Source of the DNA: Carcharhinus amblyrhynchos
Lineage: Eukaryota
DNA length: 64,000 nucleotides
Direction of reading: 5' to 3'
NCBI GenBank assembly: GCA_965287045.1
Contig: OZ336873.1
Location: forward strand, 44,764,001-44,828,000
Made by a program: the position numbers and the translations under genes. How positions within the stretch are numbered: the first letter of the stretch is position 1; the number at the start of each line of letters is the position of its first letter. The notes beneath the pieces are model-generated. The model ran no database searches, was not told where the DNA came from, and saw only the letters and a program-made list of their open reading frames with translations. Shown here in pieces: positions 13,525 through 26,345 of this stretch.

Positions 13525-13912
13525 TTGTATTTGTATAGCATCTTTTGCAACCTCCCACCATATTTAGCAGCCAACAAAATGCACTACTTTTTTTTGAAAG
13601 TGTAATCACTGGCAAACAATTTGTCCATGTAAGGCCTTACAAATAATACTGAGATAATGGCCTGATCTATTTGCAAGGACACTGGAAAAGCTCCTGGCTC
13701 ATTTTTGAAGTAGCAACATCTGATATTTTATGCCCACCTGAGAGGGCATACAGGGACTTCATTTATCTTGTCATCTGAAAAGCACTACCTCTGACTGTGT
13801 GCTGCACCCCTTCAGAACTGTCTGGATAGTGTTTTCAAGTCTCTGGTGAGTGAGACTTAATCCTGCAACTTGTAGATAAGGACAAGAATGCTATCAGCAA
13901 GCCTGAGGCTGC
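13525..13912 (-). mobile_element. SacSINE1-like DeuSINE
   Basis: cccacctgagagggca...tcatctgaaaagcactacctctgactgtg matches the reverse complement of the Deu domain as recalled; lies tail-to-tail with a LINE 3' end at 13330-13520. Confidence 0.7.
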
Positions 13913-14323
13913 TTGAATCAGATCTCAATGGATCTTTGATGTCCGTTAAATTATAAATAATGAGTCAACCCCTTGAGCAGAAGTAGAAACATTTTGCTGC
14001 ATCGTTGTTTTGTACAGGTGGGATTTCTGGTTTCTCCAGTTCTCTCTTTGATCTGTTTGTGGCAGAAAACCAAAAGCATAATTTCGGTAACTATTCAGGG
14101 TTGCAAAGGTTTGACAGGATTGTAAAGCTTCTTTACCCAAATGTTAATTAGCATCATAAATGCGAGTTAAATTCTTTTGGCCATCAGTTAATAAGCATGA
14201 ACTTGTCAGACTCACCAATTCTGGTCGCTGATTTACCTGAATAATGCAAAGGCTGTTGTCTACTCAGCTGTGGCATTCGTTTATTGGCAGGAAACTTAAG
14301 GAGAAACCTGATTGTCTGATTAG

Positions 14324-14544
14324 AGTAAAAAGTCTGACAACACCAGGTTTTAGTCCAACTGATTTATTTGATAATAGACTCACAAGCTTTTGGGGTTAGC
14401 CCCTTCATCAGGTGAATGGAGAGTTCTGGCCTCAGACAGAGCATATAAAGCACAGACAGTTTAGAGATTACTGATTAGACTAAAGCCTGGTGTTGTCAGA
14501 CTTTTTACTGTGTTTACGCCAGTCCAACGCCGGCATACCCACAT
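14324..14544. mobile_element. Penelope-like short element with inverted terminus and hammerhead remnant
   Basis: Inverted ends agtaaaaagtctgacaacaccagg / cctggtgttgtcagactttttact plus a ~35-nt extension; TSD tgtctgattaga at 14313-14324 and 14544-14555. Confidence 0.75.
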
Positions 14545-15039
14545 GTCTGATTAGATCCATGAAACGTGGATTGTTTGCTGATGGCCATCAATTCACTGTA
14601 AAGAAACGACCAAAAAGATTTGACGATGTAATTAATCATTAATGAAAATTAGACTAAACAGGTAGTTTTTTACTTGTTCATGGGATGCAGATGTCACTGG
14701 CTGGATCAGCATTTATTGCCTGTCCCTAACTGTCCCTCAGAAGTGTGATGAATGTTTAAGGTAAAAGATAAAATATGCAGCTGTTTTTCTGGAGCGTTAC
14801 TTTGACATGCTAAGTGGAGAATACTGTGCAAGAACAGGTATCTTTACAGGTAAGAAACCTGCCTTGTGAATTAGCATTTTTCCAGCAGCCTCCAAGATCT
14901 GATTTATACTGTGCTCTGGATGTGACCCTTCTGGCCCTATAAAAGTAATAAACTGTAGATACCAACCTTATCCCAAGATCTTGATCTGTATATATTCCAT
15001 AAGAGGATTTTTTCCCCCCACAATTTTCTTCTTGCCTTG

Positions 15040-15220
15040 AAGTTGTGCGTGTTAGGTGCATTGGCCATACTAAATTGCCCATTAGTGTCTGAAAATCATA
15101 GATTTGGGGGATTAACCAGGTAAATATATGGGGTTACAGGGATAGGGCCTGGGTAGGATTGTTGTTGGCGCAGACTCAATGGGCCGAATGGCCTCTTTCT
15201 GTATTGCAGGGATTCTATGA
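15040..15220 (+). mobile_element. HE1-like SINE, 3' half
   Basis: gggatagggcctgggt...gactcaatgggccgaatggcct...gggattctatga tail shared with 16311-16626. Confidence 0.75.
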
Positions 15221-16013
15221 ATGTGTAATAAACACTGTAAAAAGCACACATTTTCCTGCTAAGCTGTCCAAAGTACAGTTGTGTTACTGGAAAGGTTGAG
15301 GTCAGAATATTTGGCTCTATGGTGCCTGGTGTTTTGGGTGCAAGATGGCCATAGCAAGCTTCTGGTGGACAAGACAGCATTTTGGTGAGGCTGTCATTTT
15401 GATGAAGATGTCACTGCTGATGTTAGTGTGGTGGTGGAAGCATGGCGAGTAGGAAAATTGAGATATCAATCAGTATATAACTCTTCCAGTGCCATTTTTG
15501 ATCTTGGCGTTTCAGCTGATGCACTCCTTAACCACACACAGATGAGCATGCACTCAGCAACAGGTAGGATCTCACATCAGTGATATTTAAAGGTAAGATC
15601 TGGCTAACTTTCAGATCACTTACAGATTTCTACTGGCTATTGCTGGGTTAGTAGAAGTTTGTGGAGTTTAGACTGCTACTTAAAAGTTGGTGAAGTTGAT
15701 GAGGAGTGGACTGTATATGCTGAAAGTCTTGGTACGCACACCAGAGGATCTGCTGATATTGATAAGGGTTGAAAGTTTTTGTGCAGGATTACCAATGCAT
15801 CCAGCATTAGATCCCAGTTAATCCTAACTAAGTTTTATTTCTAGGCTATTGGAAAGAAAACTGAGTTTCCCTGCTTTTGGGACAGTTACAACCACGTGGT
15901 CACCATTTTGGTGATGGATGTATTTCTCTCCCTGCTGGTGATAGTGAGTCATAGTTGTGCTGTTGAAGGTTGCTAATTTTCATTAATTGATATTGTGAAT
16001 TTTTGTCTTCCAG

Positions 16014-16166
16014 AAAGCTAAAGGTGTTCAGTACCCCATCAACACAGCGGAAAGCTTCTCCTCGAGCTGGCAAAATGTTCAACATTTCTCATAAATCACT
16101 CCCACCCAAGAACCCTCAGCCTGAACGGCTGGATGAGGTTTATGAAGCTTTGAAAAAGGGTTTAAA
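16014..16166 (+). CDS. RIPOR1: RIPOR1 coding exon 2 (KLKVFSTPSTQRKASPRAGKMFNISHKSLPPKNPQPERLDEVYEALKKGL)
   Basis: ttccag acceptor, gtaagg donor, 153 nt, phase 2/2; RIPOR motif PQPERLDxVYxALKxGL. Confidence 0.95.
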
Positions 16167-16310
16167 GTAAGGAGTTCTTACTCTCTGCGAGCAAGTGATT
16201 CTGAAAGAATGGGACTGTCGCAAGATTTTAAACACTCACTTATGATACATTTATCATAACAAAACTGCCTCAATTTGTAAATGGGTGCTTTTCTGATCAA
16301 AAATGATTTG

Positions 16311-16626
16311 GGGTGGCATGGTGGCACAGTAGTTAGCACTGCTGCCTCACAGCGCCAAGGACTTGGGTTCAATTCCAGCCTCGGGTCACTGTCTGTGTGG
16401 AGTCTACACGTTCTTCCCTTTTCTTCATGGGTTTTCTTCAGGTGCTCCACTTTCCTCCCACAGCCCAAAGATGTGCGAGTTAGATGGATTAGCCATGCTA
16501 AATTGACTCTAATGTCAGGGGAGTAGCAGGGTAAACACATTATGGGGATAGGGCCTGGGTGGGATTGTTGTCAATACAGGCTCAATGGGCCAAATAGCCT
16601 TGTCCTGTACTGTAGGGATTCTAAGA
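16311..16626 (+). mobile_element. Full-length HE1-like V-SINE (tRNA head, V-domain, CR1-like tail)
   Basis: A-box ggtggcacagtagttagc, B-box gggttcaattcc, V-domain gtgtggagtctacacgttcttcc...ttcctcccacagcccaaagatgtgc. Confidence 0.85.
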
Positions 16627-18534
16627 TACCTTTTGACACAGTAAGTAGTTTTCTGTAGCATGTGTGATCTTAAGGATGGATGGTTTTCTCTGTAAAGATT
16701 GGTTTGTGTTGATTTCACCAGATGTGAATGGTAACAGCTAAAAAAATGAGCACTATATCTTGGAAAACATGCCTAGGTTTTTCCCCACTATTTCTCATGG
16801 TTTCCCCTCTGTAGGAAAGAACAGCAGCAATTTTGATTTCCAATTATTAGCCAAGTTACCAAATCAATAAATCCCATCACCCACCCTTGCTCCTGTAACT
16901 TGCTGACAGTTTGTAAATAATGTGAACTACCAATGCTGATCAGTTGGAGTCCAAGTGAAGGTCAGTTTAAAAAAAACTGGACATCAATTTGTTTAAATTT
17001 GAGTACTTTAGTTAATCACTTATCAGATCTTGAAAATGCTTGTGTCTCGAAAGCAATGCCTTTTTGAACATTCACCTGTTGGTTAGCTTGCTATAACACA
17101 TCATCCAGGGTATGAATTATGGCTGTTTCATAAAAGCTGTACTTGCAAATATTTTTACTCTGCTCCCTTCTTACATAAAAGAGACTGTCTGTCTATAAAC
17201 AGTCCTTGTATTTTCGAAGTCATTCACTTCTATATAATCAGTAGTTACAGAAATGCAAAAAGTTGACTCATGAAAATCTGTTAAACTTTGGGATTTATTC
17301 TGTGAGTACTTACTGTGATCCTGCTCGTTCAAATATAAATTTGTGGTGTCCAAATAAAATGACAGCTATTTTATAGGATATTCGATATGATTGCTGCAGG
17401 GGAAACTAATGTGTCCTACAACATTAGATCAAAGGAATTTTGCATGCTAGGTAGCACAGGTTGAACTTTTCAAACCAGTTTTGTTCCATTCCTGCTCTGT
17501 CTAAAAACAACTGGAGTATATTCTAGTGAAATGAAACTTTCTAATTGATTGAAGAAAAATCTGCTAAGAGGTTTTTTATTTATTTGTTTTACTGTCATTT
17601 TTAAAGTTAAGTTTGGGTGCATTAAGGATTCCATAGTTCTGTATTCTTAATGAAATCATTTTAAATGAGTTGTCATATGCTTGCTTCACCAAAATCTGGC
17701 CTTTTCAGTTGGATCATCATTGTGGTTGCCTTTAGGCATTTGCTGTATTGAAAGTATCATTCTAACAATTACTCAAAATTAATTTGAGTTCTTCTGGATA
17801 CGATTTTGTATTTATTACAGACTTGTGCCAATTATATAATACAACATGGGTGAATCCTGATATAGCTAGGGAATCTACTTTCCAAGTGAATGTTAATCAG
17901 TTTGTAATCAGTGATATTCCTCAACATGACTTTATATGATGCTCTGTTTTATTCAACATCCAGTTTGTTAGTTGGAATTAAGTTCATTTTTCATTGAAAT
18001 TGAGAAGGTAAAGAAGGTAAAGATACAGTAGTGACTTACCCTGAGGTTTGTCACTGAGCAGTGAGAGGTTGATCGATAATCACTGAGGTTCTTGTGACAG
18101 GATGGAAATTGGCAGGATGTTTCTGACTGAACATTTTAGCCCCTTTCTATGATGTGTAATGCATAGGGATACTTGGGGATGTAGACTGAATTGCATTCTG
18201 ATCCGAGCTGCCAGATATAAATCTGTACTTTAGGTATTCATTAGATTTACAATGTAACCCAGTACAAGGTCCTTGAAAATATATTGTAATCGTAACAACT
18301 ATCTGAACTATGTGCACGTTTTGTATTGCATCACTTGCAAGAACTCAATTTATAGAAATACAGGCAGGAGCTCTAACTTGAGTTCCTTGCTTCTTCTTGA
18401 TTCCAATTATTTTCCCTAACTTGGCATCCTATCACTAGGATCAGGGCCAATCCAGCAACTTATGCAGGCGTGCCCATAAGTCACAGTTCAGCTAATAGGG
18501 GATAGGCATATTGGGAAAACCTTTAAGTACCAGA

Positions 18535-18625
18535 TCGTTAGAGGGATAGGGCCTGGGTGGGATTGTTGTCAGTGTAGACTCAATGGGCCGAATAGCCTCC
18601 TTCTGCACTGTAGGGATTTTATTCT
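18535..18625 (+). mobile_element. HE1-like SINE 3' tail fragment
   Basis: gggatagggcctgggtgggattgttgtc...gggccgaatagcctccttctgcactgtagggat. Confidence 0.7.
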
Positions 18626-19186
18626 ATATTTATTCTATTTATTTTGAACTGGATTCTCTGAAAACTTTAATGGAGTACAGACTTAGCACATTTCATAAGA
18701 TATACAAATGCATTAGATGGCAGACATTTATACATATGGTGGTGCAAAACTAATTATTGAGTCTTATTTTCTACTAACTGTAAAGTAATGGTTAATTACA
18801 AAAAAAAACAAAGACCACTATGCTTTGGGGGAAAAAATGGAAAGTAAATAAAGTAATTTGGAATTCCAGTCTAAACACACTAATCCTTTAGCATTCCATA
18901 CAAGTGACATTTTCTGGATTAATGGGGTATTTGAAAACAAAATTAAATTTACAATGGACACCAAATGTCAGAGATTAGACATCTGGATGGACCAAAGCTA
19001 AATCAACAAGTGGTACTGCTAAATTTCTGACTGAATTGAGTTGAGATGACTTTTGTTTGCTTATAACATGAGGCACCCCATTTTGAAACATGCACTCACT
19101 GATACCTGTTACTGTATTATTGAAATAATGTCTGCTGCATTTGTTCTGATGATTCTAAGGAAGTGTTGTTTGTCCTATTCTTACAG

Positions 19187-19265
19187 TGCATACTTGCAAG
19201 TTCATCAGCTGGAGCTTGACAACTTAACGGCTCAGCTCAAAGATATGAAAAGAAATTCCAGACTG
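19187..19265 (+). CDS. RIPOR1: RIPOR1 coding exon 3 (AYLQVHQLELDNLTAQLKDMKRNSRL)
   Basis: ttacag acceptor, gtaaga donor, 79 nt, phase 2/0; matches RIPOR AYLEVHQ...KRNSRL. Confidence 0.95.
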
Positions 19266-19945
19266 GTAAGAAACGTTGCTTAAGTAACACTTGAAGTTGT
19301 GCAAAGATTAGTAGTTTTAACGTGAGTCTGTAGAACCTGGTAATCTTCAGTTAAAGACTAAGCAGGATCTCTAGTGGCATCCCAGTTCAGAAATTCTGAC
19401 TACTTTCATTGTATTGTCCAATTTCAATAATTATATGGAAGAATGTGAATCTTAATGCAGCGTGTAGATCTTGGCATTTTTAATCTTGTGTCACAGTAGA
19501 TTCATGAAAGACTTGAATGATTATTTCAATGCAAATTCTTCAACTATTCTGTAATTTCTCTGTTAATTTGAAGCTGGGGTGCAATAGGATGCGAGGAGAT
19601 CAGCAATACAGGTGGATTGGTTTCTTGGCTTTCAGTTCCAGTTGCATGTATCCCATCGATTAAATTTCCATATTTTGCAAAATATAGACACTTGCAGTAC
19701 ATGACTACTTGACACCAATTCCGTTTTGATTTTTAAAGATCAGGCGAACAAGATACAAACAAATTATAAAATTGAGATTTTCCTAAAATTTTCATGTTTG
19801 AATTACTGGAAAATGAAAATTGAGACTCTCTGAAGCATTTATTTCTGTTTTACTTGCATATTGAATTTTGCCTGTTTCTACTATTGGATGTTATATTAAG
19901 TTTTACAATGTGCCTATTGTAACTCTTGTTCCTTTCTGGTTTCAG

Positions 19946-19969
19946 GGATTTCTGTATGACCTTGACAAG
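19946..19969 (+). CDS. RIPOR1: RIPOR1 coding exon 4, 24-nt microexon (GFLYDLDK)
   Basis: tttcag|GGATTTCTGTATGACCTTGACAAG|gtaaga; encodes the RIPOR peptide GFLYDLDK that is missing between exons 3 and 5. Confidence 0.93.
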
Positions 19970-20763
19970 GTAAGAATTTTCAGTATTGCTTCACACTCAA
20001 ACATGAGTTGACATGGAGAACTGGATATTTTGGATTATTCTAAATAACTTTGATGATTTGATAAAGGCCAAGGTAGAAACTTGTGAAGTCTACTTACATT
20101 GTTCAAAAAATTGTATGAATGACCAACACGGGCAGTTCTGTGATTTTGGGATTCTGCTATTTTCATTCTCCATCCTTTGACGCAGTCACTAGATTGCACA
20201 TAATTCATTTGTTATCCTGGCTAAGGCCACCTATTGTGTGACTGGATAGAAATTCTCAACCTCTGAAATCTCAAGTTAACTGGGAGAGCCTTGATAATTA
20301 AGTATAAACTACTGATAATTCAGTGAAGGAAACCATCTAATTTTTACTGTTGATAAACAGCTTTACCCCTTTTCCTGTGTCAAATGCCGATTTTTCTCAC
20401 TGGGCTTTGCTAAATGCATAGTAAGTACTGGCATTAACTGACCCTTCCTGTTTGTCTTCTTTCCCCCACTCTTTTCAAGTAGACTTGCTATGGGAATATT
20501 CTCAGCCATCCCATCCAGCAGAAACCTGGAACTGGTTTCTAGAATTGTTGCAAATCTGTACCTCCCTGTGAAAAATTTCTTGTATTTGATGTTTTGGCTG
20601 TATCTCTGGTTCTGACCACAGAGTGTACTGGAAAATATGAATAAATCATTAAATTGATTTAAGCATGAAAGCATCTCCAATTTGTTTAATGTGACTCCAA
20701 TAAAGAGAACTTGCCAAGTGTATTTAACTTCCTTTTCTCTTTGTTTACTCCTCCTCCTGATAG

Positions 20764-20817
20764 CAAATTAAGTCAATTGAAAGGTTTATTCGCAGACTGG
20801 AATTTCATGTTAGTAAG
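20764..20817 (+). CDS. RIPOR1: RIPOR1 coding exon 5 (QIKSIERFIRRLEFHVSK)
   Basis: Long pyrimidine tract plus tag acceptor, gtaaga donor, 54 nt, phase 0/0. Confidence 0.95.
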
Positions 20818-21526
20818 GTAAGAAACTATATGATGGCACAATACCTAACAGTGACACTACTTTATTTCCTTTTAAAACGTATTTCGCAGAATCAAATCAA
20901 TACTTGAAGATTTTTCTTTTGAGTAAAGCTTTACAATGATAACATGTTCTGGCTGGAGATTTCAGATAATTTACTAGGTTTTTTCTTGTGATGCTGATAT
21001 GACTAATAAACCATTTTATGTTCTTGTCTTCATCCCCAGATGTTGGCTATTGGAAAGGCATCCCAAATATTTATTGGACCCAAATCATTTTGTTGTGTTC
21101 TCACAATATACTCATTTTGACTTGAAAGTTGTTATGGCAACTTACTGCATATCAAAGGATCTGATATGGGTACAGGCACCCATCTGAGTCGGGGTGCTCG
21201 CCATGACTCGTGAATTAATTGTCTATTTAATCTGAAGTTATAGATTGTATACCATTGACGTGGCTGGGCCTAATTTTAACTTGTCACTTTGCTGTTATTA
21301 TTAGTATTTGCTGTGTATGCTGATCTGCATGGTGGGTACATTCAAAACAAAATTGCTTCTTCATCCTTCTGTTAATGTTTGTTAGCTTCCCATAATTTGT
21401 CTACTGGTAGATCTGTAGTTAAGCAATCCAATAGTTACTATTGGAACAATTTAAACCTGTTGCATTATACTGTTTCTTGAATATAAAGATATCTGGTAGA
21501 TATAATACTGCTTGTATGGTGAACTA

Positions 21527-21720
21527 AGGTAAAAGGTAAAGTTGCTATTGTCCCACATGACCATAGGCTGACTGGTAATTGTAACCTGAGGATTAGCACA
21601 CCTGGGGCAAGGTTGAGAAGGCAGACCTTCATGAATAACAGTCAGTACAGATATTGAACCAGCACTTTTGGGGGTTCTACATTACAAAATAGCTGTCCAG
21701 CTGACTGAACTAACCGACCC
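21527..21720 (-). mobile_element. tRNA-derived SINE (family C) with (TTTACC)-like tail
   Basis: Minus strand begins gggtcggttagttcagtcagctgg, has ggttcaat B-box and ends actttaccttttacctt. Confidence 0.6.
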
Positions 21721-21934
21721 TCTGTATAATATTTACAATCAAATCAAGAGGTGGTTTTCTTTGCTACAGCAGAATCAGTGAATGGCTATGAAGCATGCGG
21801 TAGAAAAGTTGTGTTTGTTGTCTGCTATTAATGGGATATGTTGTGGGATATCATTGGGCAGCCACTGATTATAACTTAGTTACAATGCCACCTATATTTC
21901 TATCTACTATCTTATGAAAAATAAAGGGACAGTC

Positions 21935-22350
21935 TAATCCCTGGGTTGGAGGATTTGTCTTATGAAGAGAGATTGAAGGAATTTGGTCTGTATTCTCTAG
22001 AGTTTTTTAAAATGAGAGGTTATCTCATTGAAACTCCTAAAAATTTCTAGAGGGCGTGACAAGGTAGATATGGTTAGGCTGTTCACCTGGCTGGTCAGTC
22101 TAGAACTGGGGACACAGTCTCAGAAAAACAGGCAGGCCATTTTAGACTGAGAAGAGAAATTTCTTCATTCAGAGGATGTAAATCTTGAGTTCAGTAGCCC
22201 AAAGGGCTGTGGAAGCTCATTTATTGAGCATGTTCAAGCTAGAAATCAATAGATGGTGTTGAGGTCAGTAATCCGTCATGATCTGTCTGAATAGTGGGGC
22301 AGGCTTACGGGCCGTATGGCCTATGCCTGCTACTAGATTCTGACGTTTCT
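21935..22350 (+). mobile_element. CR1 LINE 3' end
   Basis: Encodes decayed LIPGLEDLSYEERLKEFGLYSLE..MRGYLIET (CR1 ORF2 C-terminus). Confidence 0.8.
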
Positions 22351-22617
22351 ATTTACGTTAGTGGACTTGTTTCCCACGTTTCTTTTGATTTAAATGATTG
22401 TAAGAATTTCTGTTCTCTGGGAGTTGTTTCATGCAGTTGTATGCTTTCTATTCTGTTGTGTCCTCAAACCACTTGCGATCTTTCAGGGGTATGAGTGTTT
22501 TGGTCACTTATCCCATTCAACTTATTGTTTTGCCTCTGATAACTTCTTCACCATCTTCTTTCTTTGTCTCCACTCATTTTGATGGTGTGAGCTTGAATCG
22601 CACCGCTGCAGACATGT

Positions 22618-22745
22618 TGGCTGGAATTTTACTATCTCGCACATCTTGGGAATCGAAGTGGGTGAGGGGCGGACCGTGGAAAGGTTCGTTGACGCGGGGA
22701 GGATTTTATGGTTTCAGGACAACCAAGGCCACAAAATCCCCACGC
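22618..22745. repeat. Short GC-rich interspersed repeat with short inverted termini (MITE-like)
   Basis: ggctggaattttac ... ccacaaaatcccc ends; CpG-rich relative to the flanks. Confidence 0.4.
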
Positions 22746-23644
22746 GATATGTCTTCTGGTGTCCAAGTTTGAAAGAATCACAATTTTACACACACACAAT
22801 GCAGACTGTTCCTTTAAAATGTGTTTCACAGATGCAGCACGTACTGCTGACTGATGCAGTCTTACTTGGTACCTCACTAATGCAACAGTTAATGTGGCAC
22901 CCTGGATAAACATACACATAACAAAAAGTTCCCCCTCTCCTCCAAACTCACCTGTGTGTTCTCTCGCCTGCCCATATGCTCTTTGGCTTGCTCACTGTAA
23001 AGTTTCTTGTGCCAGTGAGACATTCCTAGTCAGCAGCATATGTGGACTAATTGCATCATCCTGCTGACTTAACACTGGTAACTATCAATAATTGCCAACA
23101 ACTTGATGGAATCCCAATTAAAAATGAGACAACATAGAGATGGATGTTGTCATTTTGCTAGAATTTATGTTTGTAATGCACAATGAGTTAATCATTTCCT
23201 TTTGTTCATCCTTCCCCCTTGGTTCGGGAATAATGAAAATTCTGCTAAATATTTTCATTCCTTATGATCTAATTAGTTTCAGCTGGTTGTTTGGACCTAC
23301 TCCAGCTTTCACCAGTGAATTTGCTCAGACAGTTCAGTTATAGTGGCAGCTTCCTGAAGGGACGGGCAGGGAGATGGAGGTAGAGTGAGAGAATGTGAAT
23401 CTGACACTCCAATCACTGCTAGTCTATTGCTACATCTAATTGACCTTTGCAGTAGATAGCCACAGGTTTTACAGCTTGCAGCTGGAGGTCTAAACTGTTC
23501 CAGATCAAGGACCCAGTTAACATCTGCCAAATGTGTTCTCTCATAATGGGAGCCTGACAAATGTAATTATTTAACATTTGGGACAATGTTTGAGTTACAT
23601 TTTTGATCATCAGTTTTGATCTGAACAATATTTTATTTGGCTGT

Positions 23645-23972
23645 TTCATAGAATCATAGAAACCCTACAGTGTAGAAGGAGGCCATTCAACCCATTAAGT
23701 CCACACCGACAGGAATCCTACTTAGACCCTATTCCCATAACCTGACATATTCACCCTGCTAATCACTCTAACCTACGCATCCTGGGACACTAAGGGGCAT
23801 GGCCAGTGCACCTAACCCGCACATCTTTCAGATGTAGGAGGAAACCAAGAAGAAACCTAACCAGACACGGAGAATCTGCAAACTCCACACAGACAAGTGA
23901 CCCAAGTCGGGAATCGAACCCAGGTCCCTGGAGCTGAGGCAGCAGTGCTAACCACTGTGCTACTGTGCTGCC
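23645..23972 (-). mobile_element. Full-length HE1-like V-SINE
   Basis: Reverse complement of the 16311-16626 family; (CATAGAAT)-type tail at the left end. Confidence 0.85.
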
Positions 23973-24689
23973 ATTTCTTTGATGTGATGAGTCCAGCAGA
24001 TTTGCCTCCCTCCTGTGTGCAGTTTGTAAGCAGTTTGAGGAAATTCTCTGTTGGCATTTCAGAAAATTCGCACCCAGAGTCACTGCAGCCTTCAGTGACT
24101 TGATCAGAAGTCTTCTGATGCAGTCTGGTTATCTCTTGCAGAAGCTCAATGGTCATTATTCATTCACCTCACAATGATTGTTGACAAGACTGACCATGGA
24201 GCACAGCTAAGCTGAACTGTATTCCCAGAAGCACTTTAAAGTAAGGGTTAATATCTAGTGACCAACAGTAATACATGAAGTCTCTTTTTCTTCTCCTTTC
24301 CCAACCTAGGATTGTTCTTTTCAATTGCAGTGATCTTATTAGTATTTTAATATAAGGCAAGGCTCTTTAACATTGAAGAATATTGACAGCATCTTAAGAG
24401 TTTGCTTATCAATTTTTTTTCCATAAAATTGCCAGTTGCCTCTGATGTTACCAATGAAAATCCATTTCCCTCCAGTTTGGAAGAGTGGGCATGCTGTTTA
24501 TTGCTGTTACATCCTTGAAATGTCAGAGTAAGACTTCACCAAATAGTGATAGTTTTAATATCTGAGTGAATTAGCATTAATATTCCAGTCGCTTAATGAA
24601 TCATAGAGTTTAGTGCACATTTGGTACACCACATCTGTTAGCTCTTCAGTTGGTGCTTCTATTCCCTGTACCCTTCACTGTCAAATACT

Positions 24690-25570
24690 TAGGCTGCTAT
24701 TTTGCCATTTTTATTCTAAGTGTTGGGCAGACTTGAAACTGGGAGTGTTTCAGATCCATTTTCTGGGTGTGTTTTCAGGTCCCCCCATGCACACTCTGCC
24801 TGCAAAAATGTCAGCAAGCCTGAGGCAGTGTGCAAGTGCAGGCCTCTGATGCTGCACAAACACATTAGCAGTTGCAGGGTTTGACAGAAAAGAGAGAACT
24901 GTTAGGCCTTGCTACCGCAGGCTGCCTGAAGCATCTTGACCCCACCCCCACAATTGCAGGGGCCCACGACCCAAGATATAGCCCCCGCTGCTGCCCAGAC
25001 CATTTGCGGACCTGCCATCTTTACCCCACTCACTGCTGCAGTGCAGCAGCAGCCCCATGCCCCAAACAATTGCTGTAAACCTGCCTCATCCCATTGGCTC
25101 TGCCTCCACTGACAGTACCCAGTGGACATTGGTCAGGTGTCAGCGTGGCAATACCAGTCTGGCACTGCCTAAGGGGCACCCTTCCCTTGCCCTCAGCCTC
25201 CCAGGGGGGGTGCCTCAATGGCCTCTGGTTCCACCGGTGTGGTCAAGTCGACGTCTCCTCATTCATGGGGATCATGTCTACTCCCCGCTAGTGCAAATCT
25301 TTCCCTGCGAGGTCATAAGGTGGGTGGGGCTGGATGATTGAGGACTGGGCTTGCTAAGCAGATGCAAAATATTTCCATAATACAGTTCCATGTATCAGCC
25401 TACTTCCTGCCCATTTCCAGTGTGAGGTTGACCGCGTCGGAAATGCTGCACTTGTAAAACGACGCCAGTTGCGAAAACCAGTGGCAATCACGCTTAAGTG
25501 CTTTATGCCTGAAATTACCACAGCGTTACACCCAAAAAACAGGCACAAAGTGGTGATAAAATCACCCCCT
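24690..25570. repeat. GC-rich interspersed element with short terminal inverted repeats (non-autonomous DNA transposon-like)
   Basis: Sharp GC rise bounded by ggctgctattttgcca and ggtgataaaatcacccc. Confidence 0.4.
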
Positions 25571-25839
25571 TAGTCTCTGTTATGTTTCGGCTGTTATGGC
25601 GTCATCAAGAGATTTCAGATTTTGCTAGGAACAAAAGGTTTTACTGATGAGAAAATTAGTAAAGGAGATTTATTCAGCACAATGGCTGCCCTGGGGCAGA
25701 GCCAGTTCTACATTCTTACAACATAGTTCCAGAAGTCAAATGCTTGAGAGAGGACACTCTGTTCAGTGTGATATGTCTTGCTCAGTTCCCATTGGTCCCT
25801 CAAGTCAGGTGACTAACTTCCACTGTCCTGCCTTAAAAT

Positions 25840-26345
25840 GATATGGAGATGCCGTAATGATCACAAACAGCATATAAAGGCGCACACAGTTTACAGAATA
25901 CTGATTAGAATGCGAGTCATTATAGCTAATCAAGTCTTAAAGGTGCAGACAATGTGAGTGGAGGTAGCATTAAGCATAGGTTAAAGAGATGTGTATGTCT
26001 CCAGACAGGACAGTATCTGTAACAGTGTGGCAGATCACACTATCTGTAACCCCCAGGACTTGCCTGGGCTTGCAACATCTCACTTACTGTCCTGTCTAGA
26101 GACAATGCACATCTCTTTAACCTATGCTTAATGCGCTCTCCACTCACATTGTCTGCACCTTTAAAACTTGATTAGCTGTAAAGACTTGCATTCTAATCAG
26201 TATTCTGTAAATTAAGTGTGTCTTTATGTACTCTGTTTGTGATCAGAACTCCCATTCACCTGACAAAGGGGCAAACCCCGAAAGCTAGTGGTGTTTATTA
26301 CCAAATAAAACTGTTGGACTTTAACCTGGTGTTGAGAGACTTCTT
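25840..26345. mobile_element. Penelope-like element with ~155-bp inverted arms and hammerhead remnant
   Basis: About 25858-26014 is the reverse complement of about 26085-26244; CTGACAA..GAAAGCTA at 26260-26287; TSD cctg(c/t)cttaaaatga at 25827-25841 and 26346-26360. Confidence 0.78.

Noticed and set aside
16311-16385. tRNA gene (also 33403, 37215, 39941, 23900-23972)
   Set aside because: A and B boxes are present but run directly into SINE bodies; no complete cloverleaf.
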